Notes: a model not told the origin generated them from the letters alone. Shown: positions 1 through 8,867, numbered from the stretch's first letter. The stretch: DNA of 24,000 nucleotides from Priestia endophytica DSM 13796 (GCF_900115845.1 NZ_FOXX01000009.1:128406-152405); one strand, 5' to 3'. Made by a program: numbers and translations.

Positions 1-89
1 TATGTAGCAACTTCATCTCCAAGCTGCTTTAAAGCGTCTCTTCCATAAAAAACGGACTCTGGCATGCTAAACTTTGAATACGTTTTCAT
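1..89 (-). CDS. Iron-containing (group III) alcohol dehydrogenase, N-terminal fragment; the gene runs off the left edge
   Basis: Minus-strand ATG at 87-89, with a GGAGG Shine-Dalgarno (complement of 96-100) 6 nt upstream. The translation MKTYSKFSMPESVFYGRDALKQLGDEVAT resembles the FucO/Fe-ADH N-terminus (F-G-R-G-A..L..EV). Only 29 codons are visible. Confidence 0.5.
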   Translation of the reverse strand, partial: MKTYSKFSMPESVFYGRDALKQLGDEVAT

Positions 90-231
90 TTTTATCCTCC
101 TTGCATGTTCGCTTTATTGTAGTAAGGAAGTTTTTACAATCTAAGATGCAAGGTTCTCTATCTCTATTGTAATACAATCCTTCTTCCCTTTTCTAGCACA
201 AATAAAAAGACAACTCTTTTTCGAGTTGTCT

Positions 232-723
232 TTACTGTACTTGAAAGATAAAATACACAATCATAATCGTCTGGAGAGCACCTTTCACAACAATGCTACT
301 TAAAAATCCGATAAGTGAGCCATATCCTACTTTCATTGCATCTCCTATGCTTTTTCTATGGACTAAAAGTTCTGCAATGACCGCTCCTAAAAATGGTCCA
401 ACAACAATGCCGACAACAGGAATAACAAATGGTCCAACAAGAAGACCAATCGTACTTCCCCATATCCCTGCTTTTGAACCGCCATACCGCTTAACTCCAA
501 CTAAGTTGGAAAAGTAGTCGGCAACAAAAAGCAAGATAACGAACATCGCTTGAATAACCCAAAATAGAATTGAAAACTGTTCAAAACTAAAAAACAGTCC
601 ATATAAAAGATACCCAGCTATAATAAACAAGACGCTTGGGATAATCGGATAAATTAACCCTACATATGCGACTATAAATACAAGACTAACAACAATCCAG
701 CCTAAAATATCGATAAAAACCAC
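232..723 (-). CDS. DUF456 family membrane protein (YqgC-like)
   Basis: 163-aa ORF with 4-5 hydrophobic helices. It carries the Gly-rich [22 protein letters not shown] motif typical of DUF456. The start is a GTG at 723 directly abutting an AGGAG, so the exact start is uncertain. Confidence 0.8.
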   Translation of the reverse strand: MVFIDILGWIVVSLVFIVAYVGLIYPIIPSVLFIIAGYLLYGLFFSFEQFSILFWVIQAMFVILLFVADYFSNLVGVKRYGGSKAGIWGSTIGLLVGPFVIPVVGIVVGPFLGAVIAELLVHRKSIGDAMKVGYGSLIGFLSSIVVKGALQTIMIVYFIFQVQ

Positions 724-839
724 TCCTACTGCAAAATGTCATGTGATATTTAATCATACCCTAGTATAGCAGAAATAAGCAATTCCCCTTAGCGAAAACT
801 CCGTTACTTGGTATATAATGGAGGTAGTTTAAGGATAGA

Positions 840-1649
840 ATGGAGCTTACAAAAATGACCGTTGAAGCAACAATTATTGAAACACTTAAAGAAATTGAAA
901 AAGATTACAATGTACAAGTGCTCTATGCTTGTGAATCTGGCAGCAGAGCATGGGGCTTTCCTTCTAAAGATAGCGACTTTGACGTCAGGTTTATTTATGT
1001 TCATACGCCCCATGATTATTTAGTGATTGATCCAATGGGCGTTGGCAAGAGACGAGATGTTATTGAGCTTCCTATTAATGATAAATTAGACGTTGTCGGC
1101 TGGGAGCTTACAAAAGCGCTCAAGCTATTCCGAAAAGGAAATCCACCTCTTTTAGAATGGATAAACTCAGGAATTGTCTATTATGAGAAGTTCTCCACAA
1201 TGAATCAAATTCGTGATCTAGTAGACGAGATTTTTCTTCCAACGTCAGCGATCTATCATTATTTAAATATGGCAAGAAAGAATTTTAGAGAGTTTCTACA
1301 AGGAGATACAGTAAAAATCAAAAAATACTTTTACGTCCTTCGCCCCATTCTTGCATCACGCTGGATTGAACAATTTAACGAGTTTCCTCCGTTAGAATTT
1401 CAAGAGTTGTTACAGGGAGTAGTGCCAGATGGTGAAATTAAAGATGAAATTACCGTTCTTCTTCAGCGGAAGATGGCTGGAGATGAGCTTGATTTAGAGC
1501 CTAAAATTCATGTTATTAATGATTTTCTAGCTCATGAATTAGAGCGTTTAGAAACATATGCGAAAAGCTTAGATTTGAAAGTTGAGGATCCTACACCTAA
1601 ACTGAATGTTGTGTTTAAAAATACGCTGCAGGAAGTGTGGCGTTCTTAA
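840..1649 (+). CDS. Predicted nucleotidyltransferase (YcgL / PF10127-type, Pol-beta superfamily)
   Basis: The N-terminal motif YACESGSRAWGFPSKDSDFDVRFIY (G-S..., D-x-D) is the Pol-beta-type nucleotidyltransferase signature of the YcgL/RlaP family. An alternative in-frame ATG at 855 follows a GGAG. A terminator follows the stop. Confidence 0.8.
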   Translation: MELTKMTVEATIIETLKEIEKDYNVQVLYACESGSRAWGFPSKDSDFDVRFIYVHTPHDYLVIDPMGVGKRRDVIELPINDKLDVVGWELTKALKLFRKGNPPLLEWINSGIVYYEKFSTMNQIRDLVDEIFLPTSAIYHYLNMARKNFREFLQGDTVKIKKYFYVLRPILASRWIEQFNEFPPLEFQELLQGVVPDGEIKDEITVLLQRKMAGDELDLEPKIHVINDFLAHELERLETYAKSLDLKVEDPTPKLNVVFKNTLQEVWRS

Positions 1650-1681
1650 AAAAGCATCCATTATGTAATGGATGCTTTTTT
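1650..1681. terminator. Bidirectional intrinsic terminator shared by the convergent nucleotidyltransferase and cat genes
   Basis: Perfect 10-bp stem agcatccatt / aatggatgct with a 4-nt loop, flanked by an A-run on the left and a T-run on the right. Confidence 0.8.
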
Positions 1682-1693
1682 ACCTTGCCTTTT

Positions 1694-2347
1694 CTAGGTT
1701 AACCAATGGGGGTAATTATCAATAAGTTGCTGTAAATCATGTAGAAAAAGGCCTACATGGTAACCATCACATACAGCATGATGAACTCGTATTGAGATAG
1801 GCAATAATGTTTGCTCACCGTTAGAAGCATATTTTCCACATGTAATAATAGGAAGAAGATAATCTTCCCCGTTAAATAAGTTTAATTCAAAAGATGAAAA
1901 GTTCACCCATGGGATTGAAGAGATTGAGAACGTATGGGGTGGGACATTTTCTTTTACCCATAGTCCTTTTTGATGACCGAATACGTTCAAATCAGACTCA
2001 TAATCTTTATAAAAAGTGGAGAAGTCCGAAGAATAATCGGTCCAGAGCGCCGAAAAAGTCCGAGCATCTCTATGAAAAACCGTATAATTCGGGACAACTT
2101 CATTCCAATATCCAAGAATTCCTTTTTCATTAAAGGTGGTTCTAAATTCTCTATGCTTGTTAACAATTCGCGTCACCATATAAATAAACGCAGGATAAAA
2201 TTTAATATCCTTATCTTTTAATGCTACTAGTAACTCTGTTACGTCTACATTCGCTGTCATATTGAAAGAACATTTTGCTCCACTCATATAGTGATGGAAA
2301 TGTTCTTTTCTATTCCAATGTTCAATATCAATTTGATGAAAGTTCAT
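1694..2347 (-). CDS. cat: Type A chloramphenicol O-acetyltransferase
   Basis: 217 aa with the catalytic signature HHAVCDGYH near the C-terminus. The length and N-terminus (W.RKEHF.HY) are typical of classical CATs. A GGAGG Shine-Dalgarno (complement of 2355-2359) lies 7 nt upstream of the ATG. Confidence 0.95.
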   Translation of the reverse strand: MNFHQIDIEHWNRKEHFHHYMSGAKCSFNMTANVDVTELLVALKDKDIKFYPAFIYMVTRIVNKHREFRTTFNEKGILGYWNEVVPNYTVFHRDARTFSALWTDYSSDFSTFYKDYESDLNVFGHQKGLWVKENVPPHTFSISSIPWVNFSSFELNLFNGEDYLLPIITCGKYASNGEQTLLPISIRVHHAVCDGYHVGLFLHDLQQLIDNYPHWLT

Positions 2348-2354
2348 GACTCTT

Positions 2355-2386
2355 CCTCCTAAAATATAATCTTTAATTTTAGGAGG
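2355..2386 (-). promoter_or_regulatory. RBS-sequestering stem-loop of the cat translation attenuator
   Basis: Perfect 11-bp inverted repeat: cctcctaaaat at 2355-2365 and attttaggagg at 2376-2386, with a 10-nt loop. In the mRNA the 3' arm contains the cat Shine-Dalgarno GGAGG. The 5' arm overlaps the end of the leader ORF. Confidence 0.8.
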
Positions 2387-2408
2387 CTAATTTCTCTGAT
2401 TTCTTCAT
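2379..2408 (-). CDS. cat leader peptide, 9 aa (MKKSEKLAS)
   Basis: ATG at 2406-2408 lies 7 nt downstream of a GGAGTG Shine-Dalgarno. The nine codons and TAA stop end inside the 5' arm of the hairpin. As I recall it, the cat-86 leader is MVKTDKISS, and this peptide is conservative at nearly every position. Confidence 0.75.
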   Translation of the reverse strand: MKKSEKLAS

Positions 2409-2476
2409 ATTTTTCACTCCATCATTTACTTTAGGAACGTTCATGAGATCTTTTGTAGAAAGTATCTCATGCGGTT

Positions 2477-2505
2477 ATTATACAAAGACAGAAGATTTGA
2501 AGCAA
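2477..2505 (-). promoter_or_regulatory. Putative sigma-A promoter of the cat leader transcript
   Basis: On the minus strand: TTGCTT (2500-2505), a 17-nt spacer, then TATAAT (2477-2482). An 8-bp inverted repeat, catgagat / atctcatg (2442-2471), follows. Confidence 0.55.
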
Positions 2506-2510
2506 CCTAC

Positions 2511-2545
2511 AAAAAAAGTGGATGAAGCCTAGTCCTTCATCCACT
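2511..2545 (-). terminator. Intrinsic terminator of the 6-phospho-beta-glucosidase gene
   Basis: Stem gtggatgaag / cttcatccac with a 7-nt loop. On the minus strand it is followed by a run of 7 T (the A-run at 2511-2517). Confidence 0.75.
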
Positions 2546-2569
2546 TCTATATTTTTTTCTACTTCATTC

Positions 2570-4015
<1,446 letters not shown>

Positions 4016-4025
4016 TTATAAAAAC

Positions 4026-4057
4026 AAAACGAATCCTTTTCTAAGTGATTCCGTTTT
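4026..4057 (-). promoter_or_regulatory. Terminator-like hairpin in the bglA 5' leader (possible attenuator)
   Basis: The minus-strand RNA reads AAAACGGAAUC-(11 nt)-GAUUCGUUUU (10 bp plus one bulge), followed by GUUUUUAU. It ends about 25 nt upstream of the start codon. I saw no RAT-like sequence. Confidence 0.4.
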
Positions 4058-4125
4058 TTTAATAGTGAAATGTTATACTTTAATAATAGAACAACGTCAC
4101 TTTTAATGAAATGGCTTACAATGAC

Positions 4126-4184
4126 TTTGAAATGCCGTTTTAATTTTAATGAACAATAAGCATATATTTTTGAAATGCCGTTTT
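4126..4184. repeat. Two perfect 16-nt direct repeats, TTTGAAATGCCGTTTT, in the bglA/rpiR divergent control region
   Basis: Copies lie at 4126-4141 and 4169-4184, 43 bp start to start (about four helical turns). The second copy runs into the palindrome CGTTTT-G-AAAACG. This is a candidate operator for the adjacent RpiR regulator. Confidence 0.6.
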
Positions 4185-4225
4185 GAAAACGATTAACTTT
4201 CATATGATAGAAGGAATGTTGCACA

Positions 4226-5104
4226 ATGATTATTTCGAATAAACTTGAATCAATGGACTCTTTATCAAAATCAGAAGAAATATTAGCGAAATTTATTCTC
4301 CGGGAGAAAGAAAATATCGAAAGTCTCTCAACAAAAGACTTAGCAAAAGCTACCTATACCTCCCCTTCAACAGCTGTGCGCTTGTCTAAAAAATTAGGCT
4401 TTAGCGGCTGGAATGAATTAAAAGAAAAGTATCTTGAAGAGCTTCACTATTTAAATCAGCACTTTTCTAACATTGATCCAAACTATCCATTTAACACAAA
4501 CGATACGTTTATAAATGTGGCTGCAAAAATTGGACACCTTGCCTCAGAATCAATCGAAGATACGCTTTCACTTTTAAAACATACAGAGCTTCAAAAAGCT
4601 GTTGAACTTCTTCACAAATCACAGCATATTAGCATCTACGGGATTAGCAACTCACTTATTATGGCGTATGATTTCAAACATAAAATGCTTCGCATTAACA
4701 AGTATGTTGACATTATGAACGTCCCTGAAGAGCAGCCATTTGTAGCATCAAACTCCACACCTCAGCATGTGGCCATTTTAATTTCATATTCTGGTGAAAC
4801 AGAAGGCGTCTTAAAAATCGCGAACATTTTAAAAAGAAACCGCACTCCTATTATTTCTCTAACAAGTATTGGAGAAAACAGCTTAAGAAAGCTCTCAGAT
4901 TGCGCTCTGTCCATTTCAACGCGTGAAAAGCTTTATTCAAAAATCGCTACATATTCTACAAATAACTCGATTCATCTTATCTTAGATATTTTATATTCGT
5001 GCCTTTTTAAAATGGACTATGATCGCAATTTAGAATATAAAACAAACGTTTCGAAAAACGTTGATGAACGAGTATCAAGCAGCACGCTATTAAAAGAAGA
5101 ATAA
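4226..5104 (+). CDS. MurR/RpiR family transcriptional regulator (HTH_6 plus SIS domain)
   Basis: 292 aa. The N-terminal HTH is LSTKDLAKATYTSPSTAVRLSKKLGFSGW. The C-terminal SIS-type phosphosugar-binding fold includes IYGISNS...ISYSGET. It is divergent from the phospho-glucosidase gene. Confidence 0.9.
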   Translation: MIISNKLESMDSLSKSEEILAKFILREKENIESLSTKDLAKATYTSPSTAVRLSKKLGFSGWNELKEKYLEELHYLNQHFSNIDPNYPFNTNDTFINVAAKIGHLASESIEDTLSLLKHTELQKAVELLHKSQHISIYGISNSLIMAYDFKHKMLRINKYVDIMNVPEEQPFVASNSTPQHVAILISYSGETEGVLKIANILKRNRTPIISLTSIGENSLRKLSDCALSISTREKLYSKIATYSTNNSIHLILDILYSCLFKMDYDRNLEYKTNVSKNVDERVSSSTLLKEE

Positions 5105-5113
5105 TGTTTCACT

Positions 5114-5149
5114 AAAACCGGTATTCTTGATAGAAGAACACCGGTTTTC
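5114..5149 (+). terminator. Intrinsic terminator after the rpiR-family gene
   Basis: Stem aaaccggtattctt / aagaacaccggttt (one mismatch), followed by a T-run. Confidence 0.75.
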
Positions 5150-5154
5150 GCCTA

Positions 5155-5212
5155 TTGACAAAGAATTCCTTTTACTTTATTATTTAAGTAAATACTTAAT
5201 TAACTAAATACT
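5155..5212 (+). promoter_or_regulatory. Putative sigma-A promoter with tandem TAAATACT boxes (candidate SdpR/ArsR operator)
   Basis: TTGACA (5155-5160), a 17-nt spacer, then TATTAT (5178-5183). TAAATACT follows at 5189-5196 and again at 5205-5212, a 16-nt period. The first copy lies within the short palindrome AAGTA-AA-TACTT. Confidence 0.5.
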
Positions 5213-5230
5213 AAAGAAAGGACTCACCTT

Positions 5231-5503
5231 ATGAATAACGCATTTAAAGCTCTCGCTGATATCACTCGTCGCAAAATTTTGTCTCTCTTAAAAGAAAGAG
5301 ATATGACAGCTGGGGAAATTGCAGAACAGTTTAATATGTCAAAGCCTAGCATTTCTCAGCACTTAAAAATCTTGAAAAATGCCGACCTTGTTTCAGATGA
5401 AAAGAAAGGTCAGTATGTTGTGTATTCTTTAAATGCGACTGTTTTCCAAGAACTTGTGAGCTGGGCCCTTGATTTTGTGGAAAAAGGAGATGAAAAGAAA
5501 TGA
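5231..5503 (+). CDS. sdpR: ArsR/SdpR-family autorepressor
   Basis: 90 aa winged-HTH protein (ITRRKILSLL...MSKPSISQHLKILKNADLV). The size and the ATGA overlap with a downstream SdpI-family gene match the sdpRI arrangement. Confidence 0.8.
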   Translation: MNNAFKALADITRRKILSLLKERDMTAGEIAEQFNMSKPSISQHLKILKNADLVSDEKKGQYVVYSLNATVFQELVSWALDFVEKGDEKK

Positions 5504-6135
5504 AAAAACACGTCTTCCCTCTTATCATTATGTCACTTTCTATCTTATGTTGGGTGATACTCTATAATAAGCTACCTTCTCAAATCCCGATGCAGTGGGG
5601 AGTTGATGGGACTGTGAACTCTTATGCCCCTAAACTACAAGCAGCGTTTACTCACAATGGAATCTTGCTGTTCTTGTATGCGGTTTTAGTGCTTTCCCCT
5701 AAAATGGATCCTCGGAAACAAAACTACCCGAAATTTTCACGATCGTATCGAATCATCACTCTTGCTATTATGTTGGTTTTGTTTCTTCTTAACATTTCCG
5801 TTCTTCTTGCAAGTCTTGGATACAACTTAAATGTCACAACCATTACTCCTATCCTTGTTGGTATTTTATTTATTATTCTAGGAAACTATATGCAAACTGT
5901 AAAACCTAACTTTTTTATTGGGATTAGAACTGCTTGGACGCTCAGCAATGAGCAAGTGTGGCGAAAAACACACAGACTTGGTTCAAAACTGTTTATCCTA
6001 GGAGGTATCTTATTCTTCGTAACTCCGTTTGTTCCGGAACAACTGTTATTTCCTCTTATCATCTCTATTATTCTTGCTGTTGTTCTTATTCCAACTCTCT
6101 ATTCATATGTTCAGTATCGGAAAATTACAAAATAA
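5500..6135 (+). CDS. sdpI: SdpI/YhfL-family membrane immunity/signal-transduction protein
   Basis: 211 aa with 5-6 TM helices. It has the DUF1648-type N-terminus (LPSQIPMQWGVDGTVNSY) and the SdpI-type motif GNYMQTVKPNFFIGIRTAWTLSNEQVW. It is translationally coupled to sdpR by an ATGA overlap at 5500-5503. Confidence 0.82.
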   Translation: MKKHVFPLIIMSLSILCWVILYNKLPSQIPMQWGVDGTVNSYAPKLQAAFTHNGILLFLYAVLVLSPKMDPRKQNYPKFSRSYRIITLAIMLVLFLLNISVLLASLGYNLNVTTITPILVGILFIILGNYMQTVKPNFFIGIRTAWTLSNEQVWRKTHRLGSKLFILGGILFFVTPFVPEQLLFPLIISIILAVVLIPTLYSYVQYRKITK

Positions 6136-6149
6136 CACTTTTCTACAAC

Positions 6150-6187
6150 AAAAAACCGCTCTACTAATCTAGTAGAAGCGGTTTTTT
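6150..6187. terminator. Bidirectional intrinsic terminator between the convergent sdpI and lipase genes
   Basis: aaaaaaccgctctacta / tagtagaagcggtttttt, with an A-run and a T-run on either side. Confidence 0.8.
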
Positions 6188-6201
6188 ATAGTTACATTAG
6201 C

Positions 6202-6834
6202 TTAATTTGTGTTCAAGCCTCCGCCATTTAACCCTTCTTTAATATATCCGTTTACTTGGCTATTTGCCAATAAACCGATATGAGTGATGCCGTAAAGTTG
6301 GATGTTTCTTGCTCCTTGTAATCGAGAAAGACTAGGAAGAACAATTCCATCGTTTATGCTGTAGATTGAAGTATATAAGATTTTTTGGTTAGGATCTGTA
6401 CCTGGTAAGGCTACTGAAGAAGATAGACCGTTAGCTCCACCTAGAGTAACAACATTTTCAATTTTGTCTCCGCCACCAAGATACTTGATGTAATAAAGCG
6501 TATTTGCTCCTCCCATGCTATGAGCCACAATATCAACTTTGTCTGCGCCTGTTTCGCTTAGGACTCGATCAATGTACGTTGCAAGCTGTGGTCCGTTTGT
6601 TGAGTTAGAGCCTGCTTTGTTATAGAAATCAATTGCATAGAACTGACTTCTATCCCATCCTTGCGATCTTAAATAGTTTTCAATACTGAAGAAATTATAA
6701 GAAGCTCCTCCAATACCGTGTACAAATACAACTGGATTGTGAGCAGACTCAGCTTTAGCACTTGATGGTTGAACACCAATAAAAGATAGAAAGAGTGCAA
6801 AAGATAGGACTGCTGCCATAATGACCTTTTTCAT
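6202..6834 (-). CDS. lipA: Secreted triacylglycerol lipase/esterase, family I.4 (Bacillus LipA/LipB type)
   Basis: 210 aa with a signal peptide ending SSAKA-ES. The mature protein starts [14 protein letters not shown] and carries the A-H-S-M-G nucleophile pentapeptide ([15 protein letters not shown]). The C-terminus is [12 protein letters not shown]. It is near-colinear with B. subtilis/B. pumilus lipases as I recall them. Confidence 0.95.
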   Translation of the reverse strand: MKKVIMAAVLSFALFLSFIGVQPSSAKAESAHNPVVFVHGIGGASYNFFSIENYLRSQGWDRSQFYAIDFYNKAGSNSTNGPQLATYIDRVLSETGADKVDIVAHSMGGANTLYYIKYLGGGDKIENVVTLGGANGLSSSVALPGTDPNQKILYTSIYSINDGIVLPSLSRLQGARNIQLYGITHIGLLANSQVNGYIKEGLNGGGLNTN

Positions 6835-6867
6835 ATACTAACCTCCTAAAATTATGTAACAAAGATA

Positions 6868-6896
6868 ATTATATACAATACCCTTAATTTTGTTAA
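6868..6896 (-). promoter_or_regulatory. Putative sigma-A promoter of the lipase gene
   Basis: On the minus strand: TTAACA (6891-6896), a 17-nt spacer, then TATAAT (6868-6873). A GGAGG Shine-Dalgarno lies at the complement of 6842-6846. Confidence 0.55.
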
Positions 6897-7002
6897 TATA
6901 TTTTTTCAAAAAAAGGGTAATATCCCCTACTAAAAATTTAATATTATTAAAGACTCCATGCTATTGATAGAAAAATATTGTTAACATCTTCAAACAATCT
7001 AC

Positions 7003-7038
7003 AAAAAAAGCGTCCTAAGTTTTTTAACTTAGAACGCT
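7003..7038 (-). terminator. Intrinsic terminator ending the marR-pssA-dedA operon
   Basis: The minus-strand RNA reads AGCGUUCUAAGU-UAAAAA-ACUUAGGACGCU (with one G-U pair), followed by 7 U. Confidence 0.75.
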
Positions 7039-7054
7039 TCACTCCGTAACCATC

Positions 7055-7543
7055 TTAAAATCGAATAACACCGGCAATTCTTCCAATTGTAATAAAAACA
7101 AAGCACCATAAGAAAGCACCAATGGCCACAAATAAGAGATATGTTTTTAAGTTCATCCGAGTAATGCCTGAAAAGTAGCATGTTACATGGCGCACACCTG
7201 GAATGAAGTAGCCAAGGATAAGCGAATATGGCCCATATTTCTTCATCCATGTTTCTACTTTACGCATTCGTTTTTCTTTCAAACCAACCCACTTTCCATA
7301 CTTATCAATAAAAGGACGACCTGCTTTCCTTCCAATAAGGTAGCTAATCATCATTCCTAATAGAGCACCTGTAAAACTAATGACAATAGCAAGCTCATAG
7401 TTGAGCGTACCAACATGTGTAAAGTACCCAATAAGCGTCATTAATACTTCATCAGGAATGGGTAAACCAACAATTCCGAGCGTAAGCATTAAAAAAACAG
7501 CAATATAGCCATAGTGGGTAATAAGATGCTCGACTAGTTCCAT
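7055..7543 (-). CDS. DedA/SNARE-associated family membrane protein (YbfM-like)
   Basis: 162 aa polytopic protein with the typical DedA N-terminus (YGYIAVFLMLTLGIVGLPIPDE). It overlaps the pssA stop by 10 nt, the same pssA-dedA order as B. subtilis pssA-ybfM. Confidence 0.85.
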   Translation of the reverse strand: MELVEHLITHYGYIAVFLMLTLGIVGLPIPDEVLMTLIGYFTHVGTLNYELAIVISFTGALLGMMISYLIGRKAGRPFIDKYGKWVGLKEKRMRKVETWMKKYGPYSLILGYFIPGVRHVTCYFSGITRMNLKTYLLFVAIGAFLWCFVFITIGRIAGVIRF

Positions 7544-8067
7544 CCCTGCGTCTCCACGTTTTCAGGGGCTTGGCTCTTGAAATGTGGGAATTTAACTCGG
7601 CTTACCATGAGATAAGCAAGAATACACGTCCCAATGGCTAGAATCACTGGGTTATGTACAAAACTCAGCACAACAAGACAAATCGCAGCGAATGGAGCAG
7701 GCATTCCAATAAATGTTGATAGTTTGCTTTGCTCAGCATTAAAACGGGCAAGACGAAGCATTCCACAAACACTGAAAGCAAGTGCACATAAAAGACCGAT
7801 AAGCGGCAGTTCATATAATGATACACTGTAGGCAAGCATTGATGGCGCAACGCTAAATGTAACAAGATCAGCTAAAGAATCCAGCTCTTTGCCGATTTCT
7901 GAAACAACATTAAGCTTGCGGGCAGCGAAACCATCAAAAAGATCAAAAAACATTCCTGTAAAAATCAGCATAACAGCTGAATGAACGTGGTGAAATAATA
8001 AAGAGTGAATAGCCAAAATCCCACAAATAAAGTTTCCGATTGTAATCATGTTGGGTATATAAATCAA
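7534..8067 (-). CDS. pssA: CDP-diacylglycerol--serine O-phosphatidyltransferase
   Basis: The CDP-alcohol phosphatidyltransferase motif is perfect: D-G-FA-A-R-x8-G-x3-D-x3-D (DGFAARKLNVVSEIGKELDSLAD). The N-terminus MIYIPNMITIGNFICG matches B. subtilis PssA as recalled. The start is a TTG at 8067. Confidence 0.92.
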   Translation of the reverse strand: MIYIPNMITIGNFICGILAIHSLLFHHVHSAVMLIFTGMFFDLFDGFAARKLNVVSEIGKELDSLADLVTFSVAPSMLAYSVSLYELPLIGLLCALAFSVCGMLRLARFNAEQSKLSTFIGMPAPFAAICLVVLSFVHNPVILAIGTCILAYLMVSRVKFPHFKSQAPENVETQGWN

Positions 8068-8112
8068 AGTGTAGTTAAACCTCCAGTACTATTCTCTATG
8101 TAATGTACCTTT

Positions 8113-8562
8113 TTAAGTTGTTTTATTTTTTGCTTTAATAACTTCATTAATTTTTTCCATTGTTCGTGTCATATGTGTTAAATCTTCTAAGTCTACTTTT
8201 GAATAATAGTTCTTAATAAGCTTTATGTCCAAATCTTGGAGCAAAGAGACATACTTTTCTCCATTTTCTCCTAATGATATAAAAGATTCCCGCTTATTTT
8301 GTGGGTTGACCGCTCGGGCGATCATTTTATTTTGTTCAAGTTTTGAGAGAACTTGACTTACAGCACTTTTTGTAATACCGAACGAATGAGCAATTTCATT
8401 TGCTGTTACGTTTAGATGCTTAGCTATATAAGCTAAGATGAGGTCCTGCTGCATTGTTAAGTCAAACTGATCAATTTTTTTCGTCTCATTAGCAATTAAT
8501 ATGCCAAACTCTTCAAAGGCATCGTTCATTTGTTTAATAATCTTTTGATACTCCGACAACAC
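8113..8562 (-). CDS. MarR family transcriptional regulator
   Basis: 149 aa winged-HTH protein (DLTMQQDLILAYIAKHLNVTANEIAHSFGITKSAVSQVLSKLEQNKMI). The start is a GTG at 8562, 9 nt after AAGGAG. Only 45 nt and no terminator separate it from pssA. Confidence 0.88.
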   Translation of the reverse strand: MLSEYQKIIKQMNDAFEEFGILIANETKKIDQFDLTMQQDLILAYIAKHLNVTANEIAHSFGITKSAVSQVLSKLEQNKMIARAVNPQNKRESFISLGENGEKYVSLLQDLDIKLIKNYYSKVDLEDLTHMTRTMEKINEVIKAKNKTT

Positions 8563-8640
8563 TTTTTTACGCTCCTTTTATAACACTATTTTCATTATCT
8601 TTTAGAAAAATGCTAGAGAAGCAATCTCTCCTGTAATTAG

Positions 8641-8687
8641 TTAAGTTAACTTAATCAATTATAAAAGTAGTTCGATTGTAATGTCAA
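8641..8687 (-). promoter_or_regulatory. marR promoter with palindromic operator, copy 1
   Basis: On the minus strand: TTGACA (8682-8687), an 18-nt spacer, then TATAAT (8658-8663). Three nt further on is the perfect 14-bp palindrome TTAAGTTAACTTAA (8641-8654). Confidence 0.6.
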
Positions 8688-8823
8688 ATTTTTCAGGTCC
8701 GCATATCAGCATACCATATAAAAAGACCTTGTGCTTAGTTTATGGAAATTTATATACATTTTTTATACAGTTTTTCCTTTTCACTTATTGTTCTCCAACT
8801 TCAAATGATATTAAAAAAATGAG

Positions 8824-8867
8824 TTGACAGTAAAGAATATCTCTCTTATAGTTAAGTTAACTTAACT
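8824..8867 (+). promoter_or_regulatory. Divergent plus-strand promoter with palindromic operator, copy 2
   Basis: TTGACA (8824-8829), a 17-nt spacer, then TATAGT (8847-8852). This overlaps the perfect 18-bp palindrome AGTTAAGTTAACTTAACT (8850-8867), which contains the same 14-bp core as copy 1. Confidence 0.6.

Noticed and set aside
293-517. 74-aa plus-strand ORF inside the DUF456 gene. Other ORFs of the same kind lie at 804-1013, 1894-2133, 1970-2221, 3182-3439, 5346-5528, 5958-6167, 7029-7250, 7634-7831, 7665-7865, 12745-12966, 13055-13324, 15372-15827, 16193-16483, 18000-18194, 19029-19238, 22638-22952, 23222-23440, 23374-23565 and 23485-23679.
   Set aside because: Each lies antisense to, or out of frame within, a gene that has clear family motifs. 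None has a Shine-Dalgarno. Their translations have shadow-ORF composition (Pro/Arg/Ser/Cys-rich or low complexity).
840-2510. The idea that the nucleotidyltransferase and cat genes form an acquired, mobile resistance cassette
   Set aside because: No IS elements, inverted or direct terminal repeats, recombinase or plasmid genes flank them. The two genes are convergent with separate promoters, and the YcgL-type enzyme is not a recognised aminoglycoside nucleotidyltransferase.
4184-4197. cre-like (CcpA) site TGAAAACGATTAAC near the rpiR promoter
   Set aside because: It matches the TGWAANCGNTNWCA consensus except for the last two positions (AC instead of CA). That is too weak to call without a scoring matrix.
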